Source: Thermoanaerobaculia bacterium (GTDB lineage: Bacteria > Acidobacteriota > Thermoanaerobaculia > Multivoradales > UBA5704). From it: a DNA stretch of 64,000 bases. Of the stretch, positions 43,726 to 52,928 are shown piece by piece (position 1 is the first letter of the stretch; each line of letters begins with the position of its first letter). A program made the translations under genes and the position numbers. The notes beneath the pieces are model-generated. The model worked only from the letters and a program-made list of their open reading frames with translations, was not told where the DNA came from and did no database searches. The stretch covers positions 5,852 through 69,851 of the forward strand of contig DASZZM010000092.1 in assembly GCA_035544895.1 (NCBI GenBank), given 5' to 3'.

Positions 43726-45540
43726 GTGTCTGACCTGACTCCGCCTCCGCACGAGCGCATCCGCAACTTCTCGATCATCGCCCATATCGACCACGGCAAG
43801 TCGACCCTGGCCGACCGCATCCTCGAGCTCACCGGCGCCGTCGCTCAGCGCGACATGATGGAACAGGTGCTCGACGACATGGACCTCGAGCGCGAGCGCG
43901 GCATCACCATCAAGGCGCGCGCCGTGCGCCTGGCCTACCGCGCGCGCGACGGCGAAACCTACCAGCTGAACCTCATCGATACCCCCGGGCACGTCGACTT
44001 CAGCTACGAAGTCTCGCGCAGCCTTGCGGCTTGCGAAGGCGCCCTGCTGGTCGTCGACGCCGCGCAGGGAGTCGAGGCGCAGACCCTCGCCAACGCCTAC
44101 CTGGCCATCCAGAACGACCTCGCAATCATTCCGATCCTCAACAAGATCGATCTCCCCGCCGCCGACCCCGAGCGCGTCCGCGAGCAGATCGAAAACGTCA
44201 TTGGCATCGACGCCCACGACGCCCTCCTGGTCTCTGCCAAGGCAGGCACCGGTGTGCAAGAAGTGCTCGAGCGCATCGTGCGCGACCTCCCGGCGCCGCG
44301 GGGCGATCCGCAAGCGCCGCTCGAGGCCCTGCTGTTCGACTCCTGGTACGACCCCTACCGCGGCGTCGTGTGCATGGTGCGCGTCTTCAACGGCACCCTG
44401 CGGCGGGGAGACAAAGTCCAGTTCATGGCCTCGAAGCGCGTCTACGAGGTGGCCGACCTCGGCATCTTCACTCCCAAGACGGGTGCCGTCGAGCAGCTCT
44501 CGGTCGGCGAAGTCGGATTCATCTTCGCCGGCATCAAAGACCTCATCCAGGCCAAGATCGGCGACACCATCACCCACGCCAACCGCCCCGCGGCCACTCC
44601 CTATCCCGGCTTCCAGGAGGTCAAGCCGATGGTCTTCGCCGGGCTCTATCCGCTGAGCGCCGACGACTACGAGGGGCTGCGCGACGCCGTCGAGAAGCTG
44701 CGCCTCAACGACGCCGCTTTCTCCTTCGAGCCGGAGAGCTCGTCAGCCCTCGGCTTCGGCTTCCGCTGCGGCTTCCTCGGCCTTCTTCACATGGAGATCG
44801 TGCAGGCGCGCCTGGAGAGGGAATTCAACCTCGATCTTCTCACCACCGCTCCCGGTGTGCGCTACCGGGTCCACACCACCGGCGGCAAGGTCGCCGAGAT
44901 CGACAGTCCGGCAAAGCTTCCCGATGCTGCCAAGATCGACTTCCTGGAAGAGCCCTACATCCAGTCGACCATCATCACCCGCGCGGATTTCGTCGGCGGC
45001 ATCCTCGGGCTGGCCGAGGAGCGCCGCGGCCAGCAGCGCAGCCTGCAGTACGTGTCGGCCGACCGGGTGGTCATCGAGTACGACTTCCCGCTGGCGGAGG
45101 TCATTCACGACTTCTACGACCGCCTCAAATCGGTCTCCCGCGGCTACGCGTCGCTCGACTACTTCTTCTCCGGCTACCGGCGCAGCGAACTGGTCAAGCT
45201 CGACATCCTGGTCAACGGCGAGCCGGTCGACGCTCTCTCGCTCATCATCCACCGCGACAAAGCGTACGGCCGCGGCAAGCTTCTCGCCGAGAAGATGAAG
45301 GAGCTCATCCCGCGCCAGCTCTTCGAGGTCGTCGTGCAGGCTGCCATTGGCTCTCGCGTGATCGCCCGCGAGACCATCCGGCCCATCAGCAAAAATGTCG
45401 TCGCCAAATGCTATGGCGGCGACATCACGCGCAAGCGCAAGCTCATCGAGAAGCAGAAAGAAGGCAAGAAGCGGATGAAGCGCGTCGGCCGCGTCGACAT
45501 CCCGCAGGAGGCCTTCCTGGCCGTCCTGCGGGTGAATTGA
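43726..45540 (+). CDS. lepA: translation elongation factor 4 (LepA)
   Basis: [20 protein letters not shown]...[10 protein letters not shown]...NKIDLP GTPase motifs plus LepA-specific C-terminal domain (…[16 protein letters not shown]…). Confidence 0.95.
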   Translation: MSDLTPPPHERIRNFSIIAHIDHGKSTLADRILELTGAVAQRDMMEQVLDDMDLERERGITIKARAVRLAYRARDGETYQLNLIDTPGHVDFSYEVSRSLAACEGALLVVDAAQGVEAQTLANAYLAIQNDLAIIPILNKIDLPAADPERVREQIENVIGIDAHDALLVSAKAGTGVQEVLERIVRDLPAPRGDPQAPLEALLFDSWYDPYRGVVCMVRVFNGTLRRGDKVQFMASKRVYEVADLGIFTPKTGAVEQLSVGEVGFIFAGIKDLIQAKIGDTITHANRPAATPYPGFQEVKPMVFAGLYPLSADDYEGLRDAVEKLRLNDAAFSFEPESSSALGFGFRCGFLGLLHMEIVQARLEREFNLDLLTTAPGVRYRVHTTGGKVAEIDSPAKLPDAAKIDFLEEPYIQSTIITRADFVGGILGLAEERRGQQRSLQYVSADRVVIEYDFPLAEVIHDFYDRLKSVSRGYASLDYFFSGYRRSELVKLDILVNGEPVDALSLIIHRDKAYGRGKLLAEKMKELIPRQLFEVVVQAAIGSRVIARETIRPISKNVVAKCYGGDITRKRKLIEKQKEGKKRMKRVGRVDIPQEAFLAVLRVN

Positions 45541-45582
45541 ATCAGCCCCACATGATGCGCGGGGTTCGCGGGAGGCAGGGCC

Positions 45583-46149
45583 TTACTTTCCGCCTGCGAG
45601 TTGCATCAGCTTCTTCGGGTGCTCGGCCATGGCTTCGGCGAACAGGCGGTCCAGGCGGCCGTTGATGCGGATCAAGGCGAGCTCGTCGCCGTCGAGCGCG
45701 ACCAGGTAGAGGTCGCTGATGGCGGCGCCCTGGTCGCCGCGGTAGAAGAGCCAGGTGCGGTCGCCTTGCTCGGCCACACGCAACACGGCAGTCCAGCCCG
45801 CCTGCGCCAGCCGCCGCTCGAAGCCAGGGGACCAGCGCATCTCGTCCGCCGCCTGCAGGGATCGGACCTTGTAGGTGGCGATCTCCACGCGGTGGATGGC
45901 GCGCGCCATCGCCAGGTTCTTGTCGTTCGGCTCGCCGGCCATGCCGGCCAGCCAGTGCACCAGACCCATGCTGATGGGGCCGAGTCGGAGGTGGACGTCC
46001 GGCTCGAAGCTGGCGCCGGGAAACCGCTCCTCGATCTCCGCCCTCACCTCGTCGACCGAAGGTGTCGCCTTGCACGCCCCGAGCTGCAGGGCAAGGAGGA
46101 GCGAGAGAACGAGGACGATCAGACCACGGTGCAGCGCTGTATGGTGCAT
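45583..46149 (-). CDS. DUF4252-like lipoprotein
   Basis: Lipobox LALQLGAC; …WLFYRGDQGAAISDLYLVALDGDELALIRINGRLD…; paralogous to the next gene. Confidence 0.55.
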   Translation of the reverse strand: MHHTALHRGLIVLVLSLLLALQLGACKATPSVDEVRAEIEERFPGASFEPDVHLRLGPISMGLVHWLAGMAGEPNDKNLAMARAIHRVEIATYKVRSLQAADEMRWSPGFERRLAQAGWTAVLRVAEQGDRTWLFYRGDQGAAISDLYLVALDGDELALIRINGRLDRLFAEAMAEHPKKLMQLAGGK

Positions 46150-46181
46150 GGTGCCATCTCCCGTGTGACTGCCGGCGCGTG

Positions 46182-46834
46182 TCAATGCTTGTCTTCCCGT
46201 TGCGGGACGCGCTCGAGCTGGCGCATGTGGAGGCCGCGGCCGAGGCGGCCGATCTCGGCGGGGTCGAGGCGGCCGACGATGTTGATCAGCGCTGCCTCGT
46301 CCCCGGGCTCGAACGAGAGGACGGTGAGGCCCACGATCTGACCGCCGACCTCCTTGAGGTAGATGTAGCTCTCGTCTTTCTCGCGCACCCGTACGACCAC
46401 CTGCCAGCCCCTGGCTTCGAGCCAGCGCACCGCGTCGTCGATACGGGCGCGAATCCTCTCATGGTCGGGACCCTTGAGCGGGGCGATCTGCACCCGGATC
46501 GCCTCGAGGCCGGAGATCAGCTTCGCGAACTCGGGATCATCCTGCCTGGCGGCCTCGGCGACCAGCTTGAGGATGGCGCCATCCAAGTGGATCTCGGTCG
46601 TCAGCTCCTGCCGCGAGAAGATGCCCAGCTCGCCGATCGGCACGTAGCCGGGAGAGTCCTCCAGGCGTGGCTGGGCCGGCGGCGGCGCGGCCCATGCCGC
46701 CGCGCCGGCAGACAGCCCTAGCGCGAGGGCGAGAGCGAACAGACGGAGCGAACCGGATGCCCCGACTCCGGGCGTTCGCGGGCTCCTCGGATTGCTCGGG
46801 CGCAGTGGACTTCTCGAGCTCATCGGACGCATCG
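46182..46834 (-). CDS. DUF4252-like secreted protein (paralog)
   Basis: Signal LRLFALALALGLSAGAAAWA; …YIYLKEVGGQIVGLTVLSFEPGDEAALINIVGRLDPAEI… parallels the upstream paralog. Start at ATG 46834 or GTG 46840. Confidence 0.55.
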
Positions 46835-47206
46835 TCACGGAGCATCTATCGGATCGCCCCCCGCAACCCCTCGAGAGGCCGCGGGCCGCCGGCAGAACGC
46901 CGGATCGAGCTCGCCGCTCGGCCTCGCCGCCGATTCGTCCGGGCCGATGGCGACGATCGCGACCATGCCGGCGCCGGCCGAGCGGCGCCGGCGCAGCAGG
47001 TCGAAGCAGGCGTTGCGGGTGACTCGTAGCAGCCATCCTGTCAGCATCTCGGGGTCGAGGCTTTCGCCGTGGCGCCACAAGCGCAGCAGCACCTCCTGGG
47101 TCACGTCCTCGGCCTCCTCGCGGCTGGCGAGGAGGTAGCGGGCAAAGGTGTAGACCCTGCGCTGGTGCCGCCTGACCGCCGCCTCGAAGTCCATCGGCAC
47201 CTCCAT
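46835..47206 (-). pseudogene. ECF sigma-70 factor, region 2 only (truncated; region 4 missing)
   Basis: MEVPMDFEAAVRRHQRRVYTFARYLLASREEAEDVTQEVLLRLWRH...LTGWLLRVTRNACFDLLRRRR is a canonical sigma-2 domain. The ORF then runs about 45 aa with no sigma-4 HTH and terminates in the repeat translation (…RGVAGGDPIDAP). Confidence 0.55.
46841..46875 (+). repeat. REP/MITE-like repeat, partial copy E (5' half)
   Basis: agcatctatcggatcgccccccgcaacccctcgag matches the 5' arm of the family; embedded in the 3' end of the sigma-factor ORF. Confidence 0.6.
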
Positions 47207-47292
47207 CTGAGCAGAACGCAAGACCGCCCACGGAAGTTACAAGACGGCCAAGACGCCAACCGCGCCGAGGTCGAAGCTCCCGCGCGGGCTGC

Positions 47293-48474
47293 TCAGACGC
47301 GATGCGAGAACTGGCTGCGGGGCGCCGCGGCGGGGATGTCGCGCAGGCGAGCGAGTGAGAGTTGCGGGTTGGGCACGGCTCGGCCGAGCACCAGGTCCGC
47401 CACGTGCTCGCCCAGGGCCGGCCCGAGCTTGAAGCCGTGCCCCGAGCCGCCGCCCACCAGCCAGACGTTGCCGGCCCGCGGATGGCGATCGATCAGCAGA
47501 TGGCCGTCCGGGCTGTTCTCGTACTGGCAGACACGGGCCTCGAGGAGTGGCGCGCCGGCAAGCTCGGGGAAGCGCCGGCCAAGGTGGCCGCGCACCCGCT
47601 CGAGGCCGAGCGGGCTCGCGATCCTCTCGCCGGAGGTGGGATCGAAGGGCTCTCCGCGCGTGTCGTCGGCCACCTTGAAGCCGCGGAGCTCGTTGCCAGG
47701 GATGCCATAGAACACTCCCCGCTCGCCGAGCTCCATCCAGACGGGAAAGGAGCCCTCGCCGAAGCGCGCGCCGCTGCCAGCCGGTGTCCCGAAGAAGAAA
47801 ACCTCCTGGCGCGTCGGCAGGATGAGCTGGCCGAGGACGTCGGGGAAGAGCTCGGCCAGCCAGGGGCCGCAGGCGAAGACGAAGACGTCGGCGGCGAGGC
47901 CGCCGCCGTCCGCGAGGTCGAGCCGCCTCATCGCGCGGCCTGCGATCTCTCCCGGCCGCGCCGCAAGCTCGCGCACCTCTCCTCCCTCCGCAGCGACCGC
48001 ACCGGCCACCGCCTGGCAGGCCCGCCTGGCCGCGAGATAGCCCGCCCGCTCCTCGTAAAAGACGCTCTCGATACCGTCGAAACAGACCTGGGGAAACCGC
48101 CGTCTGGCATCGGCCGGCGACAGTTCGGCGGCAGGCAGTCCGGCGGCGTGCAGCAGCGGCAGCGCGGCGCGGGCGTAGCCGTCCTCGCCGCCGAACATCC
48201 ACAGCGCGCCGGTCGGGAAGCACAGCCTCTGCCCCCAGCGCACCTCGCTTTCCTGCCAGAGATCGAAAGCGCGCGCCACCCAATCGACGTAGATGCGGTC
48301 GGGGCCGTAGATGCCGCGGATGATCCGCGTCTCGCCGCCGGAGCTGGAGCGCGAGTTGCCAGGTCCCCAGGCATCGACCAGGGTGACCCGCGCGCCAGCG
48401 CGCCGCAGCCAGAGCGCCGTCCAGCCGCCGAAGGCGCCGGCGCCCACGACCACGACCTTCAACTCTCGGACCAT
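47293..48474 (-). CDS. FAD-dependent oxidoreductase (DAO family; glycine/D-amino-acid or sarcosine oxidase-like)
   Basis: KVVVVGAGAFGGWTALWLRRAGARVTLVD Rossmann dinucleotide motif; …LLIDRHP…VWLVGGGSGHGFKLGPALG C-terminal FAD motif. Confidence 0.8.
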   Translation of the reverse strand: MVRELKVVVVGAGAFGGWTALWLRRAGARVTLVDAWGPGNSRSSSGGETRIIRGIYGPDRIYVDWVARAFDLWQESEVRWGQRLCFPTGALWMFGGEDGYARAALPLLHAAGLPAAELSPADARRRFPQVCFDGIESVFYEERAGYLAARRACQAVAGAVAAEGGEVRELAARPGEIAGRAMRRLDLADGGGLAADVFVFACGPWLAELFPDVLGQLILPTRQEVFFFGTPAGSGARFGEGSFPVWMELGERGVFYGIPGNELRGFKVADDTRGEPFDPTSGERIASPLGLERVRGHLGRRFPELAGAPLLEARVCQYENSPDGHLLIDRHPRAGNVWLVGGGSGHGFKLGPALGEHVADLVLGRAVPNPQLSLARLRDIPAAAPRSQFSHRV

Positions 48475-48502
48475 GTCGCGGCGCGCCTGCTCGCGGCGGG
48501 TG

Positions 48503-50209
48503 TCAGGATTGGCGGCGCCCGCCGGTCATCGCGTCGCCGCTCTTGGCAAAGCCGGTGACGATGTAGGTGCCCGAGCGCTGGTCCTTCTTGAGCTTGATGA
48601 TGTTCTTGCGCTCGGCATCCTCGAGCAGCTCCGAGAACGTGCTGTAGCCGTAATAGCCCTCGTTGAAAGAAGGCTTCTTGCGCTGCATGGTCTGCTTGAT
48701 CATCGAGCCCCAGAGCACGTCCTTGTTCTCGCGCAGCAGGGCCTGGATCGATTCGACCATCAGACTGAAAGCCTCGGCGGTCTTCTTGTTGAGGCCGTCC
48801 AGCTTCGGGCCCTTCTGCGCGTCGCGCCAGACGTCCTCGTAGTAGATGAACTCGTCGCAGTTGTCGACCAGCAGGTTCGACGACGAGTTCTTGACTCCGA
48901 TGCCGATGACGTATTTGTTGTTCTCCTTGAGCTTCGAGACCAGGGGAGAGAAGTCGCTGTCGCCCGAGAGAATCACGAAAGTATCGAGGTGCTCCTTGGA
49001 GTAGGAGAGGTCCATGGCGTCGACGACCATCTTGATATCAGCGCTGTTCTTGCCCGAGTAGTACTTCTGCGGAATGTCGATCAGCTCGATCGCCGCCTCA
49101 TGGAAAGGACGCTTGTAGTCGCTATAGCGCTCCCAATCCGCGTATGCCTTCTTGACGATGATCTTCCCCTTCTCGAGCAGCCGCTCGAGGATGAGTCCGA
49201 TGTCGAACTTGCTGATCTCGGAGTCGCGGACGCCCAGGGCGATGTTCTCGAAGTCGCAGAAGACGGCGATCTTGCGCTCTTCGTGGACCGCACGTTGCCG
49301 GTCGGGGACCGAGATGACGATCTCCCTCATGCTGTCCAGGTCGCTGGGCGAGATCACGTAGCTTTCGCTGCCGCGGCCGGCGCGGGAAGAAGCGAAGCCT
49401 TCGCCTGTCTCCCAGCGGCGCGCCACTGGCAGGGGCGGACCGCTTTCTCGGCCCGCCGCGGCGGGTCCTACCGCGGTGAAGCGCGGAGCCGGCTCGTCGT
49501 GAAGCGGCGCCTCGTCCTCCTCGTCTTCCGCGGCCGGCTCGGCTGGAGCCGCCGCGCGGCCATTCTTGCGCCGGCCGCCGCGGCCGCGCCGCGAGCGCTT
49601 TCTCTTGCCTTCGGACCGAGCCTCCTCTTCCTTGTCTTCCGCGTCTTCCGCCCGGGCCTCGCCGATCTCGCCCCTCTCCTCGCCGGCGCCGGGGCTGGCG
49701 AGGTCGGCGATGTCGTAGACCCGGGCCGTACCGGCCCCGGCCTCGAGCTCGTCCGCGGCGCCAGGGCCGGCGGCCATGGGCTCGCCGGGACGCCAATCCG
49801 CATCCGTCTCGCCGGCGGAGCCGGTCGGGGCAGAGTCGTCTTCGCGTCCCCAGCTCTCGCCGGAATGGAGCGCCGGGGGGACCGGGGCCTCGCCGCGCCA
49901 GACGTGCCAGGGTTCCTGCACGGACTGAGGAGCGGGGGAATCGGCTGCAGGCGCCGGAGCGGCCGAGACGATCTCGGCCGGCGGAGCGAACCCGCGCGAG
50001 GACGGCTCCGGCCGAGGCGCGTCGTGCTCATGGGCACTCTCGGGAAAGGCGTTCTCGGGGATGCTGCCGGCGGCTGTGCTCCCAGGGACTGTCTGATCTG
50101 GGGTGCTGCTCGAGGAGGAGCTTTCAGGGGTTTCCCGGCCGGATCTCTCCTGCTCGGATTTGTCTTCGTCTGCGCCCTCGGATGTGGGGCGTAGCCACCA
50201 TGGAGTCAA
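48503..50209 (-). CDS. NYN (LabA-like) domain plus OST-HTH/LOTUS domain protein with long acidic disordered N-terminus
   Basis: C-terminal 250 aa: IAVFCDFENIALG...KKAYADWER...SGKNSADIKMVVDAMD...VILSGDSDFSPLVSKLKE..YVIGIGV (NYN), then a LOTUS-like winged helix (SLMVESIQALLRENKDVLWGSMIKQTM...GYSTFSELLEDAE). N-terminal 300 aa is Ser/Pro/Ala/Glu-rich. Confidence 0.7.
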   Translation of the reverse strand: MTPWWLRPTSEGADEDKSEQERSGRETPESSSSSSTPDQTVPGSTAAGSIPENAFPESAHEHDAPRPEPSSRGFAPPAEIVSAAPAPAADSPAPQSVQEPWHVWRGEAPVPPALHSGESWGREDDSAPTGSAGETDADWRPGEPMAAGPGAADELEAGAGTARVYDIADLASPGAGEERGEIGEARAEDAEDKEEEARSEGKRKRSRRGRGGRRKNGRAAAPAEPAAEDEEDEAPLHDEPAPRFTAVGPAAAGRESGPPLPVARRWETGEGFASSRAGRGSESYVISPSDLDSMREIVISVPDRQRAVHEERKIAVFCDFENIALGVRDSEISKFDIGLILERLLEKGKIIVKKAYADWERYSDYKRPFHEAAIELIDIPQKYYSGKNSADIKMVVDAMDLSYSKEHLDTFVILSGDSDFSPLVSKLKENNKYVIGIGVKNSSSNLLVDNCDEFIYYEDVWRDAQKGPKLDGLNKKTAEAFSLMVESIQALLRENKDVLWGSMIKQTMQRKKPSFNEGYYGYSTFSELLEDAERKNIIKLKKDQRSGTYIVTGFAKSGDAMTGGRRQS

Positions 50210-50392
50210 GGTCTGTTCCCTTTCCTGGGCCCGTCGCGGGCCGGTCTAGCGAGATCTTCGGTTTTGAGCTGGGGCACAAGGACAACGGGGAGTGCACAAA
50301 GCACAAGAAATTGTACCACATCGACCACTTGGTACCGGAAATTACCCGATCGGACCGCCCGGCGGGTGCGGCTGCACCCGCGCTCTCGTGTT

Positions 50393-50701
50393 CTAGTCGA
50401 GGTCGAAGGGGCGGAGGGGAGGGCCCTCGTCGGGCTCTTCTTCGGCGCGGCGCATGGCCTCGCGGAATTTCTCTTCGAGAAGGCGGTCGCGGTCTTTCAT
50501 GGCGGCGACCTCGCGCTGGAACACGTCCTCGGCCCTGGCCTTGTCCTGGTCGAGGCCCTTGAGCAGCGCCTCCAGATCCTTGCCTCCCGCCGGCGGCTGC
50601 TTGGCTCGGCGGTGAGAGAGCACCTCGCCCGTCGCGGCGTCGATCACCAGATCGGAGCCGCATTCAGGACAGCGCACAGTCAGCTTCCGCGTCTCGCTCA
50701 C
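50393..50701 (-). CDS. small zinc-ribbon-like protein (103 aa)
   Basis: GTG start; MSETRKLTVRCPECGSDLVIDAATGEVLSHRR… then coiled-coil acidic tail. The overlapping + ORF 50264..50740 is antisense. Confidence 0.45.
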   Translation of the reverse strand: MSETRKLTVRCPECGSDLVIDAATGEVLSHRRAKQPPAGGKDLEALLKGLDQDKARAEDVFQREVAAMKDRDRLLEEKFREAMRRAEEEPDEGPPLRPFDLD

Positions 50702-50773
50702 CCCCCTATTGTAGCGCCTACTGACCCCCGGCTGCCTTGACACTCGTTCGGGGCTGTAGGAAAGTCGCCGCGG

Positions 50774-51583
50774 ATGTTCCGGGTCGCCCGCCAGCTTTTC
50801 CGCTTTCGCGGTCTCCTGGCGACCCTCACCGCCCGGGAGCTCAAGGCGCGGTACCGCGGATCGGTGCTCGGCTTCCTCTGGTCGTTGGCCAATCCCCTTC
50901 TGCTGCTCGCAACCTATACCTTCGTCTTCAGCGTCATCTTCGATCCGCGCATCAAAGGCATCGATCCCTACGCCCTGTTCGTCGTGAGCGGGCTCTTCCC
51001 CTGGATCTGGCTGGCTTCGTCGACCCTCGAAGGCTCGATATCGCTGACCGCCAACGCCGGGCTGATCCGCAAGGCGGTCTTCCCCGCCGAAGTCCTGCCC
51101 ATGGTCGCCGTGCTCTCCAATGGCGTCCACCTGCTGCTCGCCATACCGATCCTCGCCGCCGGTCTCGCCACCGGGCGGCTGCTTGGCTACCCGGTCGGCG
51201 GGCTCGCGGGCCTGCTGCTGCCGGCGATCCTGCTCATCGAGCTGCCCCTGGTCGCGGGACTCGCGGTCGGCGCCGCGGCGCTCACCGTCTACTTCAAAGA
51301 CACCCGTGACTTGCTCGCCAACCTGCTCAATCTGCTGTTCTTCGTCACGCCGATCATCTACTCGCTCGACACCCCTGCCCTGGTCGCGCGGCCGATCATC
51401 TGGTGGCTGGTGCGGCTCAACCCCTTCACGCCTTTCACTCTCGCCTACCAGAGGACACTGTTCTTCGGCCAGCCGCCGACCACGTCCCTTTGGGTGCAGA
51501 TGGGCCTGGTCAGCCTGGCCGCCTGGATCTGCGGCGCCGGGCTGTTCGACCGCCTGCGCGAAACCCTGGTGGAGGCGGCATGA
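50774..51583 (+). CDS. ABC-2 type transporter permease (Wzm/TagG-like polysaccharide exporter)
   Basis: Six TM helices; N-terminal LTARELKARYRGSVLGFLWSLANPLL is the ABC-2 permease signature. Confidence 0.8.
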   Translation: MFRVARQLFRFRGLLATLTARELKARYRGSVLGFLWSLANPLLLLATYTFVFSVIFDPRIKGIDPYALFVVSGLFPWIWLASSTLEGSISLTANAGLIRKAVFPAEVLPMVAVLSNGVHLLLAIPILAAGLATGRLLGYPVGGLAGLLLPAILLIELPLVAGLAVGAAALTVYFKDTRDLLANLLNLLFFVTPIIYSLDTPALVARPIIWWLVRLNPFTPFTLAYQRTLFFGQPPTTSLWVQMGLVSLAAWICGAGLFDRLRETLVEAA

Positions 51584-52896
51584 CCGAGGCCGCCGCGGCC
51601 ATCCAGGTCGAGCAGGCGAGCAAGCTCTACCGCCGCTCCCTGCCGGGCGACCGGCTGCGCACGTTGAAGAGTGCTCTGCTCGGCGGCGGCCTGGTCCGCG
51701 ACCTGGCGCGCGAGAACGCCATCGTGGCGCTCGAACAGGTGAGCTTCACGGTCGGGCGCGGAGAGGCCTTCGGGATCATCGGCGGCAACGGCTCGGGCAA
51801 GTCGACCCTGCTCAAGCTGGTGGCCGGCATGCTGAAGCCGACCTCCGGGCGCATCCAGGTCGCCGGCCGGGTGGCGGCGTTGATCGAGCTGGGAGCCGGA
51901 TTCCACCCGGAGATCTCGGGGCGGGAGAACGTCTACATCAACGGCGCCGTGCTCGGGCTGTCGCGCCGCCAGGTCGCCGAGCGCTACGACGCGATCGTCG
52001 AGTTCTCCGGCCTTGGCCGTTTCATGGAGGAGCCGGTCAAGAACTATTCCTCCGGCATGTACGTGCGCCTGGGTTTCGCGGTGGCGATCCATACCAGCCC
52101 CGACGTGCTGCTGGTCGACGAGGTTCTGGCGGTCGGCGACGAGGCGTTCGCCCACCGTTGCGTGCGGCGGATCGAGGAGTTCCTGGCGAGCGGCAAGACG
52201 CTGCTGCTGGTCAGCCACTCCCTCGATCTGGTCGCCGAGCTCACTGACCGGGCGCTCTGGCTCGACAACGGACAGCAGCGCCTGCTGGGGTCTCCGCGGC
52301 GGGTGGTCGACGCCTATCGCCAGGCGGTCGCCGAAGCCGAAGGCGAGGCGCATCTCACCGCCAAGCAGCACCGTGATCCCGCTCCTGGCGGCCCCGAAGC
52401 TGCCGCCGGCACCGCGGACGAGCCCTTGCGCTGGGGATCGGGCGAGGCCGAGATCGCGGCGATCCGCCTGGTCGGGGGCGACGGCGCCGAGCGCTACCAC
52501 CTGCGCAGCGGCGAGCCGGCGATTTTCGAGATGCGGGCCCGGGCCGCGCGGCCGCTGTCCGATTTCGTGTTCGGCATCGCGATCGCGACGCCGCGCGGCT
52601 TCGAATGCTGGGGCACCAATACCGACCTCGAGGGCTTCGTTCCCGCGAGCTTCGAGGGAGAGGCAACCGTGCGCTTGACCTGCCCGGCGCTCCGCCTCGC
52701 TCCCGGCGAGTACGCGGTCGACGTCGCCGTGCACAGCCGGTCAGGCGCGCCCTATGACTACCGCCGCCGCGCCCTCACCTTCACGGTGACGGCCGCGACT
52801 GGCGGGGTCGGCGTCTACTTCCCCGAGCACCGATGGGACTTCGCCGGCGGCGTGCGCTGGCAAGACCCCGCAGCGGCCGCCGGGCAGGAGGGTTAG
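51580..52896 (+). CDS. ABC transporter ATP-binding protein (Wzt/TagH-like) with C-terminal carbohydrate-binding extension
   Basis: GIIGGNGSGKSTLLKL (Walker A), YSSGMYVRLGFAVA (signature), LLVDEVLAVGD (Walker B); about 180-aa C-terminal extension. ATG overlaps the permease stop (ATGA). Confidence 0.85.
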   Translation: MTEAAAAIQVEQASKLYRRSLPGDRLRTLKSALLGGGLVRDLARENAIVALEQVSFTVGRGEAFGIIGGNGSGKSTLLKLVAGMLKPTSGRIQVAGRVAALIELGAGFHPEISGRENVYINGAVLGLSRRQVAERYDAIVEFSGLGRFMEEPVKNYSSGMYVRLGFAVAIHTSPDVLLVDEVLAVGDEAFAHRCVRRIEEFLASGKTLLLVSHSLDLVAELTDRALWLDNGQQRLLGSPRRVVDAYRQAVAEAEGEAHLTAKQHRDPAPGGPEAAAGTADEPLRWGSGEAEIAAIRLVGGDGAERYHLRSGEPAIFEMRARAARPLSDFVFGIAIATPRGFECWGTNTDLEGFVPASFEGEATVRLTCPALRLAPGEYAVDVAVHSRSGAPYDYRRRALTFTVTAATGGVGVYFPEHRWDFAGGVRWQDPAAAAGQEG

Positions 52897-52928
52897 CTTT
52901 AGTGTCCCTAGCTCTCCCAGAGCCGGCC

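Noticed and set aside
50264-50740. 158-aa + ORF
   Set aside because: Antisense to the small zinc-ribbon gene, which has coding-like coiled-coil periodicity. Low confidence either way, but the minus-strand protein has a CPEC motif and a GTG start with sensible spacing.
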